32,443 nucleotides of DNA from NCBI GenBank assembly GCA_964629935.1, contig CAZVSL010000003.1, forward strand, positions 1 to 32,443, written 5' to 3'. Below, piece by piece: positions 25,503 through 32,443 of the stretch (the first letter of the stretch is position 1; each line of letters opens with the position of its first letter). A model generated the notes under the pieces. It did no database searches. It was not told the origin of the DNA and saw only the letters and a program-made list of their open reading frames with translations. The translations under genes were made by a program, and so were the position numbers. This stretch comes from an uncultured Calditrichaceae bacterium. Its GTDB lineage: Bacteria > Zhuqueibacterota > Zhuqueibacteria > Oceanimicrobiales > Oceanimicrobiaceae.

Positions 25503-25850
25503 ATGGCTACGAACACGCCAAACACGCCAAACACGCAAATAAACGTAGAATTAGGAGAGAAGGAATCTGAGGGTATCTATTCGAATCTCGCCTTGATTTC
25601 ACATTCGCCGGCGGAATTCGTTCTGGATTTTACGCGTATGCTTCCGGGCGTGCCTAAGACCCGGGTGTATGCGCGTATCATCATGACGCCGCAGCACGCG
25701 AAGTCTTTTCTGAGAGCGTTGGATGAGAACATCAAGAAGTATGAAAAGCAATTTGGTGAGATAAAAGTCCACGGACAACCGAACCTGCAAAACCCGATTG
25801 GGTTCAACGCGCCTCAACCTCAGCCGCAGGATGAGAAGAAAAAAGAATAG
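25503..25850 (+). CDS. DUF3467-family protein
   Basis: I prefer ATG 25503, which has AAAGGAG upstream. The sequence is MATNTPNTPNTQINVEL...GIYSNLALISHSPAEFVLDFTRMLPG...ARIIMTPQHAKSFLRAL, the conserved DUF3467 core as I recall it. Confidence 0.7.
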   Translation: MATNTPNTPNTQINVELGEKESEGIYSNLALISHSPAEFVLDFTRMLPGVPKTRVYARIIMTPQHAKSFLRALDENIKKYEKQFGEIKVHGQPNLQNPIGFNAPQPQPQDEKKKE

Positions 25851-25868
25851 GGCTCAGTCTCTGGAGTG

Positions 25869-25934
25869 CTGGCCGGTTGGCTCATTCCACGGGCCGCAAG
25901 GCCAGTTCTCCGATTCCAACCAGCCGGGTTTATT
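25869..25934 (+). terminator. Possible intrinsic terminator downstream of the DUF3467 gene
   Basis: The imperfect outer stem is CTGGCCGGTTGG (25869-25880) paired with CCAACCAGCCGG (25916-25927), with 10 of 12 positions paired. It encloses an inner GGCC-GCAA-GGCC hairpin and is followed by GTTTATT. The structure is imperfect and the T-tract short. Confidence 0.3.
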
Positions 25935-25995
25935 CATAGATCAGAAACATGATGGTATCCAACAAGTTGATATTTAAACTCTTAAGCGCCTGGGG

Positions 25996-26057
25996 GTAAT
26001 GGATTGTTGGGGCATGGATTGCGAGGAGCATTCCCCAACAATCCATCAATCCATTAC
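25996..26057. repeat. 14-bp perfect inverted repeat with nested ATGGATT/AATCCAT repeats in a convergent intergenic region
   Basis: ATGGATTGTTGGGG (25999-26012) pairs with CCCCAACAATCCAT (26033-26046) around a 20-nt loop that itself contains ATGGATTG. A slipped alternative register pairs GTAATGGATT (25996-26005) with AATCCATTAC (26048-26057). There is no T-tract on either strand. Confidence 0.5.
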
Positions 26058-26123
26058 TCCATAACCCCGTAACCCCTATTTTATCAATCACTATTGCATA
26101 CCATATCTGCAAGATTCATCAAT

Positions 26124-26540
26124 TCAAAACAATGGCTTGCCAATCAATTCGAACAGCATGAAGATGATAAAAAACAGTGTGCCGCCGCCAAATATCACCA
26201 TGGCGCCGAAAACCATCAGATTCTCTTTCATTTCCTCTCCATATTCAAGTGCAGGCTCAATACTAATCCTGGCATCCGACACGAGTTTTGCCTGGCAGGC
26301 CAGTCGAATACCGCTTTTCTCATCGCAATGTAGTTTTTCTTTCCAGGTCATCGGCGAGAGGCAATCTTTCGGTTCCGCCTTGATCCGGTCTGTACCACAC
26401 AGTCCCAATCCACGGCAATTCAGCAGCTTATTCGGCCCGCCATAGATGGGGATATTATTCTGGCGAGCAATCTTTCTGATGTCCAGTCCTTCTTCAGCCG
26501 TTATCGTCACATCAGGCTCCTGAAATTCAACGGACGGCAT
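26124..26540 (-). CDS. Ferredoxin-fold (2Fe-2S-like) protein with C-terminal TM anchor
   Basis: Strong AAGGAGG SD. The beta-grasp ferredoxin pattern is ...NCRGLGLCGTD...IRLACQAKL. The C-terminal hydrophobic helix is LMVFGAMVIFGGGTLFFIIFMLF. The usual CGTC is CGTD here. Confidence 0.5.
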   Translation of the reverse strand: MPSVEFQEPDVTITAEEGLDIRKIARQNNIPIYGGPNKLLNCRGLGLCGTDRIKAEPKDCLSPMTWKEKLHCDEKSGIRLACQAKLVSDARISIEPALEYGEEMKENLMVFGAMVIFGGGTLFFIIFMLFELIGKPLF

Positions 26541-26636
26541 GAGTTTCCTCCTTTGGTTTCGTTGGTCCGAACGTCCACAGAAATGATTAGAATTTTTGCC
26601 GTGAAACTTGTTGCGATGTTACGGAAGCAATTGGGC

Positions 26637-27353
26637 TTAGTGCGCCTCAGCACTTTGTTGGGCCAAACGGTCCTGAGCGACTCTGGCCATCTCAGTGCCG
26701 GGATAGGCAGCGATGATCTGACGCCAGTAAGTCTCCGCTTCCTCGTGGTTATGTATGGCGGCATTGATCTCCGCCAGGTAATGCAGTGCGAACGCGTTGT
26801 TCGGTTCTTTGTCGAGGATTTCCTGCAGCAGGGATGTTGCTTTCTCGTTATTGTCGAGGTTATGATAGGTTAAAGCCAGGCCGATTTTCGCATCTTTGCT
26901 GTCGGGCTCAATCTCCAGGTGCATTTCATAGTATTCTTTGGCTTTTTCGTAACTGCCGGCAATGGAAAACATGACCGCCAGGCTGTCTATTGCCACCGTA
27001 TCTGTAGGATCATTTTCAACTTTCTGTTTGAGCCGGTTGAGAGTCTCATGCACCTGGTTCATTGCCGCCATGCTCGGCGCTTGCGACTGTTCCGCATTGC
27101 CTCCGTTTGCCGCTTGTTGGATAGGCGCGGGGTCTTCATTCTTCCAGAAAAGCAGAACCACAATAAGCGCAAACAAGGGGATGAACAGAAAAGCCCCAAA
27201 GGTGTTCAACCAGCTCTTGGTCGATGCGCTGGCTTCTTTCTGCGCTGTCTCTTCGGAGTCCGCTTTTGATGATGAGTCTTTGATGGCCATACCGCAGGCA
27301 TGGCAGAAGCTGGCTTCATCTTTGAGTTTTTCGCCACATTGAGAACAAAACAC
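26637..27353 (-). CDS. Zinc-ribbon / single-TM / TPR-repeat protein
   Basis: A GTG start has an AAGGAGGG SD inside the end of the upstream gene. The N-terminal zinc ribbon is FCSQCGEKLKDEASFCHACG. One TM follows (AFLFIPLFALIVVLLFW). The TPR-like C-terminus is (...AKEYYEMHLEIEPDSKDAKIGLALTYHNLDNNEKATSLLQEILDKEPNNAFALHYLAE...). Confidence 0.7.
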   Translation of the reverse strand: MFCSQCGEKLKDEASFCHACGMAIKDSSSKADSEETAQKEASASTKSWLNTFGAFLFIPLFALIVVLLFWKNEDPAPIQQAANGGNAEQSQAPSMAAMNQVHETLNRLKQKVENDPTDTVAIDSLAVMFSIAGSYEKAKEYYEMHLEIEPDSKDAKIGLALTYHNLDNNEKATSLLQEILDKEPNNAFALHYLAEINAAIHNHEEAETYWRQIIAAYPGTEMARVAQDRLAQQSAEAH

Positions 27354-27355
27354 GT

Positions 27356-28207
27356 TTATATGCCCTCCTTTTTAACGACAAGGTTTTCAAAAACACGCTC
27401 CAATTTGCTAATCTTCTGATCTTTTTTCTGCTGTTGATAAATGAGCAACAGGTTTCGGATCATCCTGATAAAGATGTCTCGCGGTCTTGATGGCGAGAAA
27501 TGTGCGCTCCTGGCCGTGTAACCTAGCTGACGCACGAGTCGTTCACAGTCCGCGCGGGATAAAATTTGTCCGCGATTGAAGGCATCAATGTAGATGCCAT
27601 CAGAATTATCGCCATACTTCACCATGAAATGTCCGGGCAGCCCCACGCCTCGTACCGGCAGCTCCAGCCTTTTTGCAAGGAACAGATATACCGCAGAAAG
27701 ACTGATGGGAATACCCATGCGCCTATCCATGACGCGATTGATAAAACTGTTTTCAGCGTCATAGTAGGTCTTGCGATTGCCACGGAAGTTCAACTCCTGA
27801 AACAAGTATTGATTGAGCTTTGCGATTCTTTCGAGTTCGTGGGAAGCGTTTTGCGTTCGTTCCTCAATCTCTTTGGTATAGTAGTCAAGCCTGCTGGTGT
27901 AAGCGGCGGTGTCCATGGAAGGATATTCCAATTTTGCGAGCAAGAACACGGCTGTCTCCAGATCGAACTCGGTTCGGCAAAGGCTGGCAAAGTCTTCTCT
28001 GAGCGCCGCCACCCTTGTGTCTTCCAGAATATTCCTGATTTCGATGCGAATCCGGCCTTCGGCGTCGCTGTCAGCCGTATCGCGCAACAGCGGCTCAGCA
28101 GCAGCGCCCGCCTGTTTCAGCTTTTCTCTTGCAAGGTTGCGGATGCTGATATCGTCATCTCCGAGCAGCGTAATTAGCGCTTTTATCTCTCCGTGGCTCA
28201 ACTTCAT
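27356..28207 (-). CDS. SirB1/transglutaminase-like family protein (UPF0162-type)
   Basis: The core is ...IAKLNQYLFQELNFRGNRKTYYDAENSFINRVMDRRMGIPISLSAVYLFLAKRLELPVRGVGLPGHFMVKY. I prefer ATG 28207. The track's TTG 28255 would overlap plsY by 32 nt. Confidence 0.65.
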   Translation of the reverse strand: MKLSHGEIKALITLLGDDDISIRNLAREKLKQAGAAAEPLLRDTADSDAEGRIRIEIRNILEDTRVAALREDFASLCRTEFDLETAVFLLAKLEYPSMDTAAYTSRLDYYTKEIEERTQNASHELERIAKLNQYLFQELNFRGNRKTYYDAENSFINRVMDRRMGIPISLSAVYLFLAKRLELPVRGVGLPGHFMVKYGDNSDGIYIDAFNRGQILSRADCERLVRQLGYTARSAHFSPSRPRDIFIRMIRNLLLIYQQQKKDQKISKLERVFENLVVKKEGI

Positions 28208-28223
28208 AGCACGCTCACAATCA

Positions 28224-28868
28224 TCATGCGTTTCGTTTGAAAGGATTCTTGCCAAATCGATTTTCCTGACCGTGCAAAAGGCGGCGAATGTTATCCCGGT
28301 GTGTAAAACAGATCAAACCCCCGAGGATGACACTGAACATGATGAATGCATTGGAGAATGTCTTGCCGGTCATGCGGTCCAAGATGAGCAGGATGAAGGG
28401 CAGGGTCGATGCTGCCGCAATGGAACCAAGTGATACGTAGCGTGTTGTCACCACCAGGGCTACAAAAACGATCAGGCAGATGAGGGCCGCCCAGGGGCTG
28501 ATTACGATGAGTACACCGCCGGCAGTGGCGACGCCCTTGCCGCCTTTGAACAACGCCAGCACCGTCCAGATATGGCCGATGACGGCACAGGCGCCGGCGA
28601 TCATCTGCATCAACTCATGGTCGATTGGCACAGGGTCGACTCTTATTTTCGAGACCAATGCCGCAGCCAGCATACCCTTGCCGATATCGACAAGCGCGAC
28701 AATCAGGCCAGCCTGCCAGCCAAGCACCCGTAAAGCATTTGTGCCGCCGGCATTGCCGCTGCCGTACTCCCGGATGTCGATGCGGCGCGTGATTCTGCCC
28801 CAGACCACGCTGGTGGGAAATGAGCCAATGAGATATGCCAGCAGCGCAACAAGAATAATCGAATACAT
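28224..28868 (-). CDS. plsY: Glycerol-3-phosphate acyltransferase PlsY (acyl-phosphate dependent)
   Basis: MYSIILVALLAYLIGSFPTSVVWGR...REYGSGNAGGTNALRVLG...DIGKG...GGKGVATAGG. It is a polytopic membrane protein of ~214 aa with the canonical PlsY motifs. Its AGGAG SD lies within the last codons of the upstream gene. Confidence 0.9.
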   Translation of the reverse strand: MYSIILVALLAYLIGSFPTSVVWGRITRRIDIREYGSGNAGGTNALRVLGWQAGLIVALVDIGKGMLAAALVSKIRVDPVPIDHELMQMIAGACAVIGHIWTVLALFKGGKGVATAGGVLIVISPWAALICLIVFVALVVTTRYVSLGSIAAASTLPFILLILDRMTGKTFSNAFIMFSVILGGLICFTHRDNIRRLLHGQENRFGKNPFKRNA

Positions 28869-28872
28869 GGTT

Positions 28873-30684
28873 CTATTCTCCTAAAAACGCAACACCTGCC
28901 GCACCCGGGCCCGCATGTGCGCCGAGGGCAGGCGAGACGTTGGTGGTGATGATGTCATCTACATCGAATTTTGATCTGATTTGATGTTCCAGCCAGGCAG
29001 CTCTCTCCGGAGCGTTAGCATGTGCGACGGCAAAGCGCAGGTTCTTTTTGTCTGCAGTCTCTTTGCAAACCAGCGCCATTATCTTTCTTAAAGCCGCCTC
29101 ATCGCTGAACGCCCTGGCTATAGTCACTGCTTCTCCGGCACTGTTCAGGCTGATAATGGGTTTGAGATTCAGGGTATTGGCAATCAGGCCGCGGGATCGT
29201 CCCAATCGCCCGCCGCGGATGAGATACGCCACCGAGCGAAAGGTGACAAAGAAGCGCGTGTTGGCGATAGCCCGTTTTGTTCTGGCGATGACCTCAGAGA
29301 GCTCGCAGCCCTGTTCAATGGCATCGGCTGCCTGCGCAACGATTAGACCAAGGGCTACGCTTGTGTTTTGACTGTTCAGAACGTGAATGTTGGCCCTGTT
29401 TATAGATTTGGCCGCTGTCTGTGCGGCTTGCAATGTGCCGCTCAACGCGCCGGAAAGCATGATTGCAAGCACCTGATCATAGTGCCCAAGGACTTCTTCA
29501 AAAGCGACCTTGAAGTCGCCGGGCGCCGGCTGAGAAGTCGTCGGATAGTGTTGATTTTGGGCCAGCAAGCGGTAGAATTCACGCGGTGTAATCGTGATTT
29601 TATCGATGAAAGTCTCGTTCCCAAAGGTAAGCTGGATGGGTACGGTTTGAATATTATGACGAATGATATATTCCGGCGGCAGATCGCAAGATGAGTCGGT
29701 TACCAGGGCGATGTTGCTGGCAGCCTTCTTATCGAAGCCGTCGGAATGCTGTTTGCGCATATCGTCAAACTTCGGGTTGCTGACGCGGCCGAATTGACCC
29801 GCAATATCAAACACGCGCTGAGGCTCATTTGTGTGAATATGCAAACGAATTTTCTCACTCGAACCGGCCACAATAAGAGAATTACCCAGCGCAGCTATCT
29901 GGTCACGTAGTTGGCGACGGTCAATATTTTCGCCTTCGAGAAAGCACTCTGTGCAGTACTGAAAGGCGATATCCTGGGGCGCCTTCTCCACTTTGGCCCG
30001 CAGGATCCTCAGGTCTCCGAGTCCCACGGCTTTTTCCAGCTTTCCTGACTGCAAGAAATGGAGAATGCCTTCCAGTAGATGCACGAAACCCTGTGCTCCG
30101 GCATCGACAACACCAGCGTTGGCCAGAAGCTTGAGCCGCTTGGGGGTTTCTTTCAGAGAACGTTCAGCTTCATGCAGGCCGGTCTTCATTAAATCCAGAA
30201 AATCATGAGCATGCGAGCAGTGTGACTTGATCTTTTCGGCCCAATCGTGTATTACGGTCAGAATGGTGCCTTCCTGTGGTTCACTGATGGCTTCGTAGGA
30301 AGAATTTCGAGCCTCTACGACGGCGTCTGCAAACTGATGCATGGTGATACGGTAGTGCCCCTTGACTTTCTCAGAAAGACCTTGAAAGAATTGCGCCAGG
30401 ATAGCACCTGAATTTCCGCGCGCGCCCATCAGAGCCGATTCGGCGAGGTGTTGACTCATCACCGATACGCTGCGGTGGTGGCAATTGATGGCGGCTTCGG
30501 CGATACTTTGCATCGTCAGGGCCATATTTGTTCCCGTATCATTGTCTGGAACCGGAAAGACATTAATGCGATTGAGTGCGTCCTGCATCAAAATGACACG
30601 TCTGGCTCCTGCAATAACTGCTTGCTTCAGGCGAATACCGTCTATGTAGTTGATTCGCATAGATATTTGTGTGGTCGCATGCAT
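28873..30684 (-). CDS. DAK2-domain / DegV-domain fusion protein (603 aa)
   Basis: The N-terminal Dak2 pattern is LNRINVFPVPDNDTGTNMALT...GARGNSGAILAQFF. The C-terminal DegV pattern is IALVTDSSCDLPPEYIIRHNIQTVPIQLTFGNETFIDKITITPREFY...SGALSGTLQAA. It is a single uninterrupted ORF. The start could instead be ATG 30660. Confidence 0.85.
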   Translation of the reverse strand: MHATTQISMRINYIDGIRLKQAVIAGARRVILMQDALNRINVFPVPDNDTGTNMALTMQSIAEAAINCHHRSVSVMSQHLAESALMGARGNSGAILAQFFQGLSEKVKGHYRITMHQFADAVVEARNSSYEAISEPQEGTILTVIHDWAEKIKSHCSHAHDFLDLMKTGLHEAERSLKETPKRLKLLANAGVVDAGAQGFVHLLEGILHFLQSGKLEKAVGLGDLRILRAKVEKAPQDIAFQYCTECFLEGENIDRRQLRDQIAALGNSLIVAGSSEKIRLHIHTNEPQRVFDIAGQFGRVSNPKFDDMRKQHSDGFDKKAASNIALVTDSSCDLPPEYIIRHNIQTVPIQLTFGNETFIDKITITPREFYRLLAQNQHYPTTSQPAPGDFKVAFEEVLGHYDQVLAIMLSGALSGTLQAAQTAAKSINRANIHVLNSQNTSVALGLIVAQAADAIEQGCELSEVIARTKRAIANTRFFVTFRSVAYLIRGGRLGRSRGLIANTLNLKPIISLNSAGEAVTIARAFSDEAALRKIMALVCKETADKKNLRFAVAHANAPERAAWLEHQIRSKFDVDDIITTNVSPALGAHAGPGAAGVAFLGE

Positions 30685-30966
30685 TGTTGAATTTTTAATG
30701 TAACCGCATTCTGACTAAAAAGCAAGAAAAATGTCCGACGCAAAATGCGGGTTTCCCTTGCCAAGTTGTTGCAAGAATGTTAAATTTAAGGCTGTGTCCG
30801 GTCGCGGGAAAAAGAGAACGCTTAAAACATGACACCGGTAATAGAAGCGCAGCGCATGCATAAAATCCATGTGGAACGATAACCGTACTCGGACGTGTAA
30901 TAGCTTCGAATTAACCTCAAGTTCACAGAATCCAACACGAAAACGTTTTTTGCGATGGGAGATGCG

Positions 30967-32175
30967 ATGAAGGCAAAGAGTCTTGTGATCTTGCTATGTC
31001 TGCTGTGTTCCACAGCCGCCTACAAAACCCTGAGTGCACAAACCGCCGAGGAACTGAATGTTCAGGCCATGGAGTTTATTGCTGAAGGCAAAATCAATGA
31101 GGCCGTGGATGCGATACGCAAAGCCATAGAAACGGATTCGACTTATGTCAAGTCCTATATTAATCTTGGTTTTATGTATTATTCCAACGGCATGTTGGAA
31201 CAAGCTGCGGCATTCTATGCGCGCGCGCTGGAGTTTGAGCCTGAAAACCCGGTTGCACACAATAACATGGGAGCAACTTTGCTGGCCGCGGGTGATATAG
31301 ACAATGCCATGAAAGAATATCAGCTTGCGCTGAATTATGATCCTGACTACGCCGAGGCGCACAATAACCTGGCTTATGCTCTCTATTCTCTCGGCGCCAA
31401 TGACCTGGCGATCAAGGCTGCAAACAAAGCGCTGACGCTCAAACCTGACTATGCCCGGGCATATAACAATCTCGGTATGGCATTGAATGCAAAGGGGGAG
31501 CATGAAAAAGCGGAGGCCCAGTTTAAAAAGGCGCTTGAAATCTCCCCCAATCTCATCGTGGCCCTCAACAATTTGGGTATTACGTATCGCTTTCAGGGCA
31601 AATTTGATGAGAGTATTGCCATGCACCGGAAAGCCATTGCGCTGGACAGCCTGAATGCCGAGTCCTACAACAGCCTGGGGCTCGCTCACATGAACAAAGG
31701 CGACATTGATGCATCTATAAAGTGGTTCAAAAGGGCGCTTGAGGTTTCTCCGAATTATGCCATCGCTCACAACAACCTGTCATACGCCTACTATGAAAAG
31801 CTGAATTACAGTCTGGCTATGCAGCACGCCAAAGCTGCCGAGCGTAATGGCATGAAGATGTCCGAGGACTACATGGATGACCTGAACAAAGCCCTGGACC
31901 CGGCATATATCCGGGCGCGCCACATTCTGGTTAAGACACAAGCTGACGCTGATATGATTCTTACAGAGGTAAAGAATGGTAAAACCTTTGCGCAGCTTGC
32001 CCTGGATAAATCCCTGGACAAGAAGAGTGCTTCGAAAGGCGGCGACCTCGGATACTTCAAAAAAGGAGACATGATGCCTGAATTTGAACAAGCCATTCTG
32101 CAGACAGATATTGGCATGATAAGTCCGGTGGTAAAAACGGACTTGGGCTACCATGTGTTTCAGCGTCTTAAGTAA
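30967..32175 (+). CDS. Secreted TPR-repeat protein with C-terminal PpiC/parvulin peptidyl-prolyl isomerase domain
   Basis: I prefer ATG 30967, which has GGAG 5 nt upstream, over the track start 30955. This gives the signal peptide MKAKSLVILLCLLCSTAAYKTLSAQ. About eight TPR units recur as ...A..YNNLG.A.......A...F.KALE..P. The terminal parvulin motif is ARHILVK...FAQLA...S.SKGGDLGYFKKGDMMPEFE...GYHVFQ. Confidence 0.85.
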   Translation: MKAKSLVILLCLLCSTAAYKTLSAQTAEELNVQAMEFIAEGKINEAVDAIRKAIETDSTYVKSYINLGFMYYSNGMLEQAAAFYARALEFEPENPVAHNNMGATLLAAGDIDNAMKEYQLALNYDPDYAEAHNNLAYALYSLGANDLAIKAANKALTLKPDYARAYNNLGMALNAKGEHEKAEAQFKKALEISPNLIVALNNLGITYRFQGKFDESIAMHRKAIALDSLNAESYNSLGLAHMNKGDIDASIKWFKRALEVSPNYAIAHNNLSYAYYEKLNYSLAMQHAKAAERNGMKMSEDYMDDLNKALDPAYIRARHILVKTQADADMILTEVKNGKTFAQLALDKSLDKKSASKGGDLGYFKKGDMMPEFEQAILQTDIGMISPVVKTDLGYHVFQRLK

Positions 32176-32254
32176 GCAGTCAGAAAAGGGCAGGGCGTAG
32201 AGTAGGAAGGACGGGTTGACTGAATCTGGTAGCAGGCCGGCCGCCTTTGGTTTG

Positions 32255-32443
32255 TTACTGCAAGATGGTGAACTTTTGGAGCAAACCGGCATAGTAATTG
32301 GCCTGCGCACTTTTGCCGCGTTTGCGGAATCCCTGCTCCAGTATCCGGCACTTTTCGTGCATTTGCTTGGCCAGAAGTTTCCTGGTCTTGTAAGTCAGGC
32401 GGGGATTGTCAAGTAGCTTCATGAGCGCGCGCACGCGATATTG
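32255..32443 (-). CDS. Hypothetical protein, C-terminal 62 codons (N-terminus may lie beyond the window end)
   Basis: The minus-strand frame is open from the window edge: QYRVRALMKLLDNPRLTYKTRKLLAKQMHEKCRILEQGFRKRGKSAQANYYAGLLQKFTILQ, then TAA (32257-32255). It is not in the ORF track. I recognise no family, and it could start at the internal ATG. Confidence 0.3.
   Translation of the reverse strand, partial: QYRVRALMKLLDNPRLTYKTRKLLAKQMHEKCRILEQGFRKRGKSAQANYYAGLLQKFTILQ

Noticed and set aside
25930-26112. 60-aa minus-strand ORF
   Set aside because: It spans the inverted-repeat element and has no SD. Its sequence is dictated by the palindrome (…GLWSNGLMDCWGML…).
27566-28177. 203-aa + strand ORF
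   Set aside because: It is antisense to the SirB1/transglutaminase-like gene.
30994-31770. 258-aa minus-strand ORF
   Set aside because: It is antisense to the TPR-parvulin gene. TPR codon periodicity keeps the opposite strand open.
32231-32250. GGCCGGCC palindrome followed by TTTGGTTTG as a terminator between convergent genes
   Set aside because: Only about 4 bp of usable stem (AGGC/GCCT) is present. That is too weak to call.
1-32443. CRISPR arrays, rRNA/tRNA genes and IS elements
   Set aside because: Reading all intergenic regions (5370-6082, 6377-6690, 22324-22609, 25851-26123, 30685-30966) showed no regularly spaced direct repeats, no cloverleaf-compatible segments and no transposase-like ORFs.

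Overview
The window reads as chromosomal DNA from a Gram-negative bacterium. Gene families such as DUF3467, LytTR/LiaF modules and Tra-like proteins hint at the FCB superphylum, but that is only an inference. I found no rRNA, tRNA, CRISPR array, transposase, integrase or relaxase.

Most of the window is housekeeping or accessory metabolism:
- A partial carbamoyltransferase with its DUF5989 and SxtJ partner genes.
- An Ada-like AraC/MGMT gene broken by an in-frame TAG.
- A secreted M14 peptidase and an M24 peptidase.
- A beta-helix protein, polA and a DUF3467 gene.
- A tight operon of a DAK2-DegV fusion, plsY, a SirB1-like gene, a zinc-ribbon/TPR gene and a ferredoxin-like gene.
- A TPR-parvulin fusion.
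- A LiaF-like / LytS-type kinase / LytTR regulator module.

The standout is a co-directional 11-gene operon of about 10.5 kb (6083-16543, + strand) that looks like a type IV secretion (VirB/Trb/Tra-like) membrane apparatus. Its parts are:
- a VirB2-like pilin and a VirB3-like protein;
- a clear VirB4 ATPase;
- a secreted helical protein in the VirB5/TrbJ position;
- VirB6-, VirB8-, VirB10/TraM- and VirB9/TraN-like proteins;
- a small outer-membrane beta-barrel, a lipoprotein with six PKD/Ig-like modules, and a DUF4177 protein.

This operon has no coupling protein, relaxase, VirB11, lytic transglycosylase or any mobility gene in the window. That makes it a candidate non-conjugative, possibly ComB-like or otherwise new, T4SS-derived system.

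Only the VirB4 call rests on explicit catalytic motifs. The other T4SS assignments rest on size, topology, gene order and remembered family patterns, and they need HMM or structure searches. The ORF track omits edge-truncated genes and ORFs under 60 aa. I recovered three such genes by reading the minus strand.
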